From Octopus sinensis (Eukaryota), in assembly GCF_006345805.1 (NCBI RefSeq), contig NW_021823927.1, forward strand, positions 1 to 23,273: 23,273 nucleotides of DNA, in the 5' to 3' direction. Below the pieces are notes generated by a model. The model searched no databases. It was not told the origin of the DNA and worked only from the letters and a program-made list of their open reading frames with translations. The translations under genes and the position numbers were made by a program. Shown piece after piece: positions 9,518 to 19,696 of the stretch (within the stretch, counting starts at the first letter, position 1; each line of letters opens with the position of its first letter).

Positions 9518-10635
9518 CCTCTACAAGAATACCATCTTGTCAAGGAACTTTACCAGCGGGGTAATCGACTTAATCCCTTTGTCTGTCCTTGTTTGTCCCC
9601 TCTACAAGAATACCATCTTGTCAAGGAACTTTACCATCGGGGTAATCGACTTAATCCCTTTGTCTGTCCTTGTTTGTCCCCTCTACAAGAATACTATCTT
9701 GTCAAGGAACTTTACCATCGGGGTAATCGACTTAATCCCTTTGTCTGTCCTTGTTTGTCCCCTCTACAAGAATACCATCTTGTCAAGGAACAATACCATC
9801 GGGGTCATCGACTTAATCCCTTTGTCTGTCCTTGTCTGTCCTTGTCTGTCCCCTCTACAAGAATACCATCTTGTCAAGGAACTTTACCATCGGGGTAATC
9901 GACTTAATCCCTTTGTCTGTCCTTGTTTGTCCCCTCTACAAGAATACCATCTTGTCAAGGAACTTTACCATCGGGGTCATCGACTTAATCCCTTTGTCTG
10001 TCCTTGTTTGTCCCCTCTACAAGAATACCATCTTGTCAAGGAACTTTACCATCGGGGTCATCGACTTAATCCCTTTGTCTGTCCTTGTTGTCCCCTCTAC
10101 AAGAATCCTATCTTGTCAAGGAACTTTACCATCGGGGTAATCGACTTAATCCCTTTGTCTGTCCTGTGTTTGTCCCCTCTACAAGAATACCATCCATCTT
10201 GTCAAGGAACATACCATCGGGGTCATCGACTTAATCCCTTTGTCTGTCCTTGTCTGTCCTTGTCGTTTCCCCTCTACAAGAATACCATCTTGTCAAGGAA
10301 CTTTACCATCGGGGTAATCGACTTAATCCCTTTGTCTGTCCTTGTTTGTCCCCTCTACAGAATACCAATCTTGTCAATGAACTTTACCATCGGGGTCATC
10401 GACTTAATCCCTTTGTCTGTCCTTGTTTGTCCCCTCTACAAGAAAGCCATCTTGTCAAGGAACTTTACCATCGGGGTCATCGACTTAATCCCTTTGTCTG
10501 TCCTTGTTTGTCCCCTCTACAAGAATACCATCTTGTCAAGGAACTTTACCATCGGGGTCATCGACTTAATCCCTTTGTCTGTCCTTGTTTGTCCCCTCTA
10601 TGTTTAGCCCCTTGTGGGCAATAAAGAAATAAATA
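9518..10635 (+). repeat. 81-bp minisatellite, 13 units, made of flank DNA plus a family B SINE segment, ending in the SINE tail
   Basis: TCTACA at 9520, 9601, 9682, 9763, 9854, 9935, 10016, 10096, 10178, 10273, 10354, 10435 and 10516; final TCTATGTTTAGCCCCTTGTGGGCAATAAAGAAATA. Confidence 0.95.
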
Positions 10636-10641
10636 TTTAAC

Positions 10642-11352
10642 TAAAAGAATTCCATAATGAGACGAAACGAAGGTTTCGTTTACCCTTTTCGCGGTTCCAT
10701 TCATTTTCTTTGAATTCTTTGAAAATTGATAAAATTTGAAGACGGTTACCTTGGTAACCTGAACTTGTTGTCATACAGAGAGAGTTTTTAGATTTTCAAC
10801 TTTTGCAAATGTTTCGCAAATATAAATTACATCATCATCATCATCAACAACAAGGTGAAGTTCTTAAAACCTTCTCATATACATTATAGTGGAGGCGCAA
10901 TGGCCCAGTGGTTAGGGCAGCTGACTCGCGGTCATAGGATCGCGGTTTCGATTCCCAGACCGGGCGTTGTGAGTGTTTATTGAGCGAAAACACCTAAAAG
11001 CTCCACGAGGCTCCGGCAGGGGATGGGGTGTGATCCCTGCTGTACTCTTTCACCACAAACTTCTCTCACTCTTACTTCCTGTTTCTGTTGTACCTGTATT
11101 TCAAAGGGCCGGCCTTGTCACTCTCTGTGTCACGCTGAATATCCCCGAGAACTACGTTTAAGGTACACGTGTCTGTGGAGTGCTCAGCCACTTACACGTT
11201 AATTTCACGAGCAGGCTGTTCCGTTGATTCGGATCAACCGGAACCCTCGTCGTTGTAACCGACGGAGTGCTTCCATCCCATCCATACATTATAGTTTTCG
11301 TTGCTGTCACACGATTGGTTAATTTGATATGGGAACCCGCTCGACCCCGCAA
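10642..11352 (+). repeat. Left arm of an old inverted duplication, interrupted by a family C SINE
   Basis: 10642-10890 plus 11296-11352 align with the reverse complement of ~15860-16218. Confidence 0.8.
10891..11283 (+). mobile_element. tRNA-derived SINE, family C, with 12-bp target site duplication
   Basis: GGAGGCGCAATGGCCCAGTGG (A box) and GGTTTCGATTCCC (B box); (ATCC)n tail; ATACATTATAGT at 10879-10890 and 11284-11295. Confidence 0.9.
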
Positions 11353-11444
11353 AATTTTCCATCTATTTCACTTCTCAGGAAATGTAAAGGGAGTCCAAGA
11401 AACAATGTTCGTTGGTTTTCTTCAATGTTGTCGTTTGTAAATCT

Positions 11445-12602
11445 GGATCGTTTCTGTTTGACCGGCAGTTTTCTTAATATAATTTCTAGGTAACTAAACA
11501 CTTTTAAACTTCGTATACTGGTAGAATGTGTCAAAATAAAACATCTTTTTCTCTTGGCTTTATTGAGAAAATTCTATGGTTTGTAAGATATTTGTTGTTT
11601 TTTCTTCAATTTCTGCGATTTCAACCAATCAATGACGTCTATTGAGGTGAAAACATTCTGTGCCGTATGAATATGTCCCTCGTTTAAGAAACAGGATATT
11701 TTCGGTTTGAACGGCAGTTTTTTAAAATAATTTCCACGTAACTAAACACTTCTAAACTTCGTATACTGGTAGAATGTGTCAAAATAAAACATCTTTTTCT
11801 CTTGGCTTTATTGAGAAAGTTCTATCGTTTGTAAGATATTTGTTGTTTTTTTCTTCAATTTCTGTAATTTTAACCAATCAATGACGTCTATTGGGGTGAA
11901 AACATTCTGTGCCGTATGAATATGTCCCTCGTTTAAGAAACAGGATATTTTCGGTTTGACCGGCAGTTTTTTTTTAATAATTTCCACGTAACTAAACACT
12001 TTTAAACTTCGTATATTCGTAGAATGTATTTATAAAACATCTTTTTCTCTTGGCTTTATTGAGAAAGTTCTATCGTTTGTAAGATATTTGTTGGGTTTTT
12101 TCTTCAATTTCTGCGATTTCAACCAATCAATGACGTCTATTGGGGTGAAAACATTCTGTGCCGTATGAATATGTCCCTCGTTTAAGAAACAGGATATTTT
12201 CAGTTTGAACGGCAGTTTTTTAAAATAATTTCCACGTAACTAAACACTTTTAAACTTCGTATACAGGTAGAATGTGTCAAAATAAAACATCTTTTTCTCT
12301 TGGCTTTATTGAGAAAGTTCTATCGCTTGTAAGATATTTGTTGGTTTTTTTCTTCAATTTCTGCGATTTCAACCAATCAATGACGTCTATTGAGGTAAAA
12401 AAAAACATTCTGTGCCGTATGTTTAAGAAACAGATTGGGTTTATTTACATTTGTGAAGAAAAAAAAGATACCCTTCCCCCCACCCCTAACCCTAACCCTA
12501 AAACAGATTGTAATGCAATAGATCGATACTAGGGTCATAATTATGGGTGACAATTCCATATGACACCGCTAGAAAAAACTGCCGTTCCAACCGAAAAGAT
12601 CC
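11445..12602 (+). mobile_element. Non-autonomous TIR DNA element (family D) with its left 249 bp amplified four times
   Basis: Period 249 bp (11454, 11703, 11952, 12201). The right end 12573-12602 is the reverse complement of the unit start (28/30 versus 11694-11723). Flanks are GTAAATCT (11437-11444) and GTAAAACT (12603-12610). Confidence 0.7.
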
Positions 12603-12835
12603 GTAAAACTTATTTATGAACAAACAACGAGACAATAGAACATGTTTGTCTTGACCTGGATTTAAAACAATCTAAGCCCCCAATTGGTCGGTTCCCGGCC
12701 GCCCACTTCGCCGCCCCTTCTTCGCAATAACAGAATCTCAACGATGTGGGAGGTGTGGCGTCAAGAGCACACGTGTTTTACTCTATCTCTTTCACACGAG
12801 GAATTGGCAAACAGGTTTCGCTGATATTTCTTATC

Positions 12836-13048
12836 TTACTCTTTACTCTATTACTTGTTTCAGTCATTTGACTGCGGCCATGCTGGAGCACCGCCTTTAG
12901 TCGAGCGAATCGACCCCGGGACTTATTCTTTGTAAGCCCAGTACTTATTCTATCGGTCTCTTTTTTGCCGAACCGCTAAGTGACGGGGACGTAAACACAC
13001 CAGCATCGGTTGTCAAGCAATGCTAGGGGGACAAACACAGACACACAA

Positions 13049-13086
<38 letters not shown>

Positions 13087-13255
13087 CATATATACGACAG
13101 GCTTCTTTCAGTTTCCGTCTACCAAATCCACTCACAAGGCATTGGTCGGCCCGGGGCTATAGCAGAAGACACTTGTCCAAGGTGCCACGCAGTGGGACTG
13201 AACCCGGAACCATGTGGTTGGTTAGCAAGCTACTTACCACACAGCCACTCCTGCG
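12836..13255 (-). mobile_element. Family A SINE, full length
   Basis: Collinear with the other family A copies. Confidence 0.85.
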
Positions 13256-13267
13256 CCTCTTGTAACT

Positions 13268-13540
13268 TTTTTACTTGTCTAGTCATTCGACACTGCGGCC
13301 ATGCTGGGGCACCACCGCCTTCAAGAACTTTTAGTCGAATAAATCAATGACTCGATCCCACTATTTACTTCTTTTCTTTTTCTTTTTTTTTTTTTTTTTT
13401 TTGAAGCCTGGTATTTTATTTTATCAGTCAAGAGACTGATAGAATAAACACCAGACTTCAAAACTGCTATGTTACGGGGACGCAAACAAAGCAACACCGG
13501 TTGTCAAACGGTAACTGGGGACAAATACACACACACACAC
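13268..13540 (-). mobile_element. Older degraded family A-like SINE 3' half
   Basis: CTGCGGCCATGCTGGGGCACC and GTTACGGGGACGCAAAC..CGGTTGTCAA motifs. Confidence 0.6.
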
Positions 13541-13584
<44 letters not shown>

Positions 13585-13605
13585 TTATTATTATTATTAA
13601 TTATA

Positions 13606-13636
<31 letters not shown>

Positions 13637-13690
13637 ATTATTAATAATATATTAAGAGAAAGAGAAAGAGAGAGAGAGAGAGAGAGAAAA
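13541..13690. repeat. (TTA)n and (GA)n microsatellites
   Basis: Directly visible. Confidence 0.95.
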
Positions 13691-13736
13691 CTTACTTGGA
13701 AGAGGATGCGTTGCGTTCAATAATATAATAATATAG

Positions 13737-13792
<56 letters not shown>

Positions 13793-14180
13793 TAGACACA
13801 TATATACATACGTATTTGTACATACTTACATCTATACGTATATATATATATATTATATATGCACATGTGGGTACAGGACGCCACGAAACGTGTACAACAA
13901 AAAACACGAAGTACGAGTACACGGAATATGAACTATTTTTTCGAACAACGAAAGACACAAAAAGAAAACAACACAAAGAACGACCCTTCGTCAGTTGTTG
14001 GCTTTTTTTTCTACTCTCGTATTTCGAGCATTTAACAACAAGATACGTTTTCGATAAAAGAGTTGCTCCCGCAAAACAAATTAAATAAAATTTGGGATTT
14101 TGCGGAGCCGCCTCAATAACGTAAACGATAATGGCTTCAAATTTTGCCACTAGGGCAGCCATTTTGGAGAAGGGGGATAA

Positions 14181-14858
14181 TCTATTTCTTTATTACCCAC
14201 AAGGGGCTAAACATAGAGGGGACAAACATAGGTATTAAGTCGATTACATCGACCCCAGTGCGTAACTGGTACTTAATTTATCGACCCCGAAAGGATGAAA
14301 GGCAAAGTCGACCTCGGCGGAATTTGAACTCAGAACGTAACGCAGACGAAATACGGCTAAGCATTTCGCCCGGCGCGCTAACGTTTTTGCCAGCTCACCG
14401 CCTAGGGGATATATCGAATACATCGACCCCAGTCTTCAACTGGTACTTATTTTATTTTTCTTCTACTCTAGGTACAAGGCCCCAAAGTTGTGGGGAGGGG
14501 CCAGTCGACTTAATTTATCGACTCCGAAGGATAAAAGGCAAAGTCGACCTTGGCAGAATTTGAACTCAGAACATAGCGGCAGACGAAATACCGCTAAGCA
14601 TCTCGCCCGGCCTGCTAACGTTTCTTATTTCTTTACTACCCACAAGGGGCTAAACATAGAGGGAACAAACAAGGACAGACAAAGGTGTTAAGTCAACTAC
14701 ATCGACCCCAGTGCGTAACTCGTACTTAATTTATCGACCTCGAAAGGATGAAAGGCAAAGTCGACCTCGGCGGAATTTGAACTCAGAACGTAAAGACAGA
14801 CAAAATGCCGCTAAGCATTTCGCCCGGCGTGCTAACGATTCTGCCAACTCACCGCCTT
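14181..14858 (-). mobile_element. SINE family B cluster, three units
   Basis: Reverse complement of the 3830 consensus; heads end near 14404 and 14858; two different 3' tail types are present. Confidence 0.85.
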
Positions 14859-14904
14859 CAATAATGTTACGCAAATAATACTAACGTGAATTCTTTAATT
14901 CAGT

Positions 14905-15289
14905 TGGAAGCACTCCGTCGGTTACGACGACGAGGGTTCCGGTTGATCTGAACAACGGAACAGCCTGCTCGTGAAATTAACGTGTAAGTGGCTGAGCACT
15001 CCGCAGACACGTGTACCCTTAACGTAGTTCTCGGGGATATTCAGCGTGACACAGAGAGTGACAAGGCCGGCCCCTTGAAATACAGGTACAACAGAAACAG
15101 GAAGTAAGAGTGAGAGAAAGTTGTGGTGAAAGAGTACAGCAGGGGTCGCCACCATCCCCTGCCGGAGCCTCGTGGAGCTTTTTAGGTGTTTTCGCTCAAT
15201 AAACACTCACAACGCCCGGTCTGGGAATCAAAACCGCAATCCTACGACCGCGAGTCCGCTGCCCTAACCACTGGGCCATTGCGCCTCCA
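14905..15289 (-). mobile_element. Family C SINE with probable 11-bp target site duplication
   Basis: Reverse complement of 10891-11275; flanks TTTAATTCAGT (14894-14904) and TTTAATACAGT (15291-15301). Confidence 0.9.
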
Positions 15290-15859
15290 TTTTAATACAG
15301 TGACAACTCATAAATAACGTAAAATATTCGAGGTGGTGGCGGTGGTGGTTTCTGCTGGTGACAGTGGCGGTGGTTGAGGTAGTGGTGATGGCGGCTATGG
15401 AGGCGGCGGTGGTGGTGGTGGCGGTTGTCACCTTCGTCGTTGTTATTGTCATAATAGTGTAGCACGAAATTTGGGTTATGTTTAAAGAGGAAAGAAGAAA
15501 GAAAAACGGGACCCGATGCAAGAGAGGGGCGGGTTAGGGTTTACGTCTTTATCTCCCTTTCTTCATCGCAAGTAAATAAATAAACAAATAAATAAATAAA
15601 CACTGCAGATATTATCTTATTTCGCACTATTTATTATTATCGTTCTCTCTAAATATTTTCCTTCATTTTTTTCTGTTTTATATTACCTTTTTTTTTTTTG
15701 TTCATATTATTCTAAAATGGCGAACGTTGAATCTGCGCTACGATTTCTTTTTATTTATTTTTTTCCCTGTTTATGTCATATTTTATCATTTCTCGAGAAG
15801 GAGGAGGAGTTCTCATTAGAACCAATCTACTTTGAATAAATTATGTGTTTTTTTTCTTT

Positions 15860-16218
15860 TTGGGGGGTGGGGCGGGGTCCCATGTCAGATTAACCAATCG
15901 TGTGACAGCAACAAAAACTATAATGTCCACGTGAAAGGTTTTTCAGAAACTTCATCTTGTCATCGTCGCAGTCGTCATCGTCGTCGACGTCGTTATTGTT
16001 CTTCTTCTTCTTGTGGATGTTGTTTATATCTGCGAACCACTTACAAGAGTTGAAAAAAAATCAAAGAACCCTTTTCTGTGTTACAAGAACTTAGAGTTTT
16101 ACTAACGTGAAACCGTCTTCGAATTTTATTGATTTACAAAGAATTCAAAGAAAATGAACGGAACCGTTTCAAATGTAAGTTTGTACCTTTCATTTCGTAC
16201 CATTATGGTATTGCTTTA
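15860..16218 (-). repeat. Right arm of the old inverted duplication (empty site for the family C SINE)
   Basis: 15878-15926 matches 11286-11334 at 46/49; the AACCGTCTTC..GGAACCG block matches at 51/56. Confidence 0.8.
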
Positions 16219-16227
16219 TTACAGTCT

Positions 16228-16434
16228 GGGGATCTTTTCGGTTTGACCGGCAGTTTTTTAAAATAATTTCCACGTAACTAAACACTTTTAAACTTCGTAT
16301 ATTCGTAGAATGTATTTATAAAACATCTTTTTCTCTTGGCTTTATTGGGAAAATTTTATAGTTTGTAAGATATTTGTTGGGTTTTTTTCTTCAATTTCTG
16401 CAATTTCAACCAATCAATGACGTTTATTGAGGTA
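16228..16434 (+). mobile_element. Truncated family D copy (left TIR plus ~180 bp)
   Basis: GGGGATCTTTTCGGTTTGACCGGCAGTTTTTT followed by the same body as the 249-bp unit. Confidence 0.8.
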
Positions 16435-16512
16435 ATTTTGCGAATAAGGGGTTCAACGTTGGTCATATGTCAGCGTGTGTATATAAGAATTTTTTGCGTA
16501 TATAATATATAT

Positions 16513-16595
<83 letters not shown>

Positions 16596-16754
16596 ATATA
16601 TATGTGTGTGTTTATATATGTATATATATGTGTGTGTATATATATGTGTGTGTGTATATATATGTGTGTGTATATATATCTATAGTGTATGTATGTATGT
16701 ATGTATGTATGTATATGTATGTATGTATGTGTGTATATATATATGTGTGTGTGT

Positions 16755-16857
16755 GGAGGCGCAATGGCTCAGTGGTTAGGGCAGCGGACTCGCGGTTTCG
16801 ATTCCCAGACAGGGCGCTGTGAGTGTTTATTGAGCGAAAACACCCAAAGCTCCACAA
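16755..16857 (+). mobile_element. Family C SINE head fragment
   Basis: GGAGGCGCAATGGCTCAGTGGTTAGGGCAGCGGACTCGCGG...AAAGCTCCAC. Confidence 0.8.
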
Positions 16858-16899
16858 ACCCTGCCCTTACCCACCCACCCAAAATTTTACTTAATTTTA

Positions 16900-17676
16900 C
16901 TGTGTGGTAAGATGTTTGCTTCCCAACCACGTGGTTTCGGGTTCTGTCCCGCCGTGTGGAACTTTGGGCAAGTGTATCCTACTATAGCCCCGGGCCGAGA
17001 GAATTTGGCAGGAGGAAACTGAAAGAAGCCCGTCGTATATATAACCGTGTGTGTGTGTGTGTGTATGTGTGTGTGTGTGTGTGCGTGAGTGTTTGTGTGT
17101 GTATGTGTGTGTGTGTGTGTGTGCGCTGAGTGTGTGTATGTGCGTGTGTGTGAATGTGCGTGTGTGTGTGCGCGCATGTATGTGTGTATGTGCGTGTGTG
17201 TGAATGTGTGTGTGTGTGTGTGCGTGTGTGTGTATGTGCGAGAGTGTGTATGTGTATGTGTGTGTGTGTATGTGTGTGTGTTCGCGCGTGTATGTGTGTA
17301 TGTGCGTGTGTGTGAATGTGTGTGTGTGTGTGTGTGCGTGTGTGTGTATGTGCGAGAGTGTGTATGTGTGTGTGTGTGTGTGCGCGCGTGTATGTGTGTA
17401 TGTGCGTGTGTGTGAATGTGCGTGTGTGTGTGTGCGTGTGTGTGTATGTGCGAGTGAGAGTTGTGTAGTGTATGTGTGTGTGTGCGCGCGTGTATGTGTG
17501 TATGTGCGTGTGTGTGAATGTGCGTGTGTGTGTGCGCGTGTGTGTGTATGTGCGTGAGTGTGTATGTGTGTGTGTGTATGTGTGTGTGTTCGCGCGTGTA
17601 TGTGTGTATGTGCGTGTGTGTGAATGTGCGTGTGTGTGTGCGTGTGTGTGTGTATGTGCGTGAGTGTGTATGTGTA

Positions 17677-17707
<31 letters not shown>

Positions 17708-17868
17708 CCACCACCGCTTGACAACCGGTGCTGGTGTGTTTATGTCCCCGTGACTTAACAGTTCGGCAAAAGAACCGATATAAGTACTGGGGGTCGATTC
17801 ATTCGACTGAAGCCTTTTTTCAAGGCGGTGCTCCAGCATGGCCGCAATCTAATGACTGAAACAAGTAC
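16900..17868 (+). mobile_element. Family A SINE with internal (TG)-rich tract expanded to ~660 bp
   Basis: Head 16900-17040, compound TG repeat 17047-17706, 3' half through GGCGGTGCTCCAGCATGGCCGC..GACTGAAACAAGTA. Confidence 0.8.
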
Positions 17869-18504
17869 AGTCTTCAAACTTTGTCTCTTCCTCTGTCTGT
17901 CTGTCTGTCTCTTTGTCTGTCTCTGTTGCTCTCTCTCTCTCCCTCGCTCTCGCTCTCTCGCTCTCTCTCTCTCTCACACACACACATACACACACATATG
18001 CACATACACGCACACACATACCCGTCCACTTTTTACTCGCATTCATCTACCCACCACATCTGTTCATCTGAATTCATCTCTTTCTTTCCAAGTTATGCCA
18101 TTGCCATTGCCAAAACTTCCCACCTCTTTCTCTAACCGCCCCATCTCCTCCACCCACCCCACCCCTGCATCCGCCAACCCTTGCTCTTCTTCCCTTCCCC
18201 GTTCAAACCATCCGGCCCATTATTTAACGTCAATCCCAAATTCTTCAGCCACTTGAGATCTTGAGATTTCGCCATCGAGGAGAAATGAAGAGTTGAGGAC
18301 TGTTGGAACAAAATTAAAAACTTTTTTGTTGTAACAGATTTATCATTTTTTATTTTAATTGCTGGGTTGTTCACACCAGTCACACCGCATTCTTTACACA
18401 CGCACACACACACATACATACACACACGCATACAAACAAAGACAAAATACACACACACAAATATACACGTGATTACACTAATACATATATACATACATAT
18501 ATAT

Positions 18505-18921
18505 ATTTCTTTACTACCCACAAGGAGCTAAACATAGAGGGGACAAGCAAGGAGATACAAAGGGATTAAGTCGATTACATCGACCCCAGTGCGAAACTGG
18601 TACTTTATTTATCGACCCCGAAAGGATGAAAGGCAAAGTCGACCACGGCGGAATTTGAACTCAGAACGTAACGGCAGACGAAATACCTGTTTCTTTACTA
18701 CCCACAAGGGGCTAAACACAGAGAGGACAAACAAGGAGATACAAAGGGATTAAGTCGATTACATCGACCCCAGTGCGAAACTGGTACTTTATTTATCGAC
18801 CCCGAAAGGATGTAAGGCAAAGTCGACCTCGGCGGAATTTGAACTCAGAACGTAGCGACAGACGAAATACCGGTAAGCATTTCGCCCGGCGCGCTAACGT
18901 GTCTGCCAGCTCGGTGCCTTA
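18505..18921 (-). mobile_element. SINE family B dimer
   Basis: Two units in reverse orientation; head ends at 18921. Confidence 0.85.
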
Positions 18922-18947
18922 GTATACATACATATATAAACATACAT

Positions 18948-19555
18948 TAAGGTGGCGAGTTGGCAGAATCGTTAGCACGTTGGGCAAAAATTCTTAGCGG
19001 CGTTTCGTCCATCTATACGTTCTGAGTTCAAATTCCGCCGAGGTCGACTTTGCCTTTCATCCTTTCGGGGTCGATTAAATAAGTACCAGTTACGCACTGG
19101 GGTCGATATAATCGACTTAATCCTTTTGTCTGTCCTTGTTTGTCCCCTCTGTGTTTAGCCCCTTGTGGGTAGTAAAGAAATGGGTATTTCGTCTGCCGCT
19201 ACGTTCTGAGTTCAAATTCCGCCGAGGTCGACTTTGCCTTTCATCCTTTCGGGGTCGATTAAATAAGTACCAGTTACGCACTGGGGTCGATATAATCGAC
19301 TTAATCCTTTTGTCTATCCTTGTTTGTCCACTCTGTGTTTAGCCCCTTGTGGGTAGTAAAGAAATAGGTATTTCGTCTGCCGCTACGTTCTGAGTTCAAA
19401 TTCCGCCGAGGTCGACTTTGCCTTTCATCCTTTCGGGATCGATTAAATAAGTACCAGTTACGCACTGGGGTCGATATAATCGACTTAATCCTTTTGTCTG
19501 TCCTTGTTTGTCCCCTCAGTGTTTAGCCCCTTGTGGGTAGTAAAGAAATAAGAAA
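18948..19555 (+). mobile_element. SINE family B trimer
   Basis: Head TAAGGTGGCGAGTTGGCAGAATCG plus three ~184-bp units. Confidence 0.85.
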
Positions 19556-19696
19556 CGTTAGCACGCCTTGTGCCAAAATTTGAAACCACTGTATAAACAG
19601 AAATACAAGCATTTAGATATATTCGTAGCCTCAAGTATTTGGGGATTTATGAGTCTTTTTAAAAGACTCCAGGTCCATTCGGGATTTTGTAATTGC

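Noticed and set aside
9518-10600. CRISPR-like regular array (also the ~183-bp arrays)
   Set aside because: Units repeat in full with no unique spacers, the context is eukaryotic and there are no cas genes.
9495-10607. 370-aa ORF with a 27-aa repeat
   Set aside because: Translation of the 81-bp SINE-derived minisatellite; indels switch between frames and there is no domain similarity.
10891-10965. tRNA gene (also the heads of families A and B)
   Set aside because: A/B boxes are present but there is no clean cloverleaf; each head continues into a SINE body, and two family C copies have TSDs.
12484-12501. Interstitial telomere (CCCTAA)3
   Set aside because: Only three units, inside the family D element.
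13928-13997. Second minus-strand hammerhead-like pair CUGACGA ... GAAA
   Set aside because: Positions 10.1 and 11.1 do not pair (A and C) and no helix I can be formed.
13692-14162. 156-aa minus-strand ORF
   Set aside because: Runs into (TA)n; no recognisable motif or convincing splice context.
16887-17839. 275-285 aa His/Thr-rich and Cys/Val-rich ORFs
   Set aside because: Translations of the (CA)/(TG) tract inside a family A SINE.
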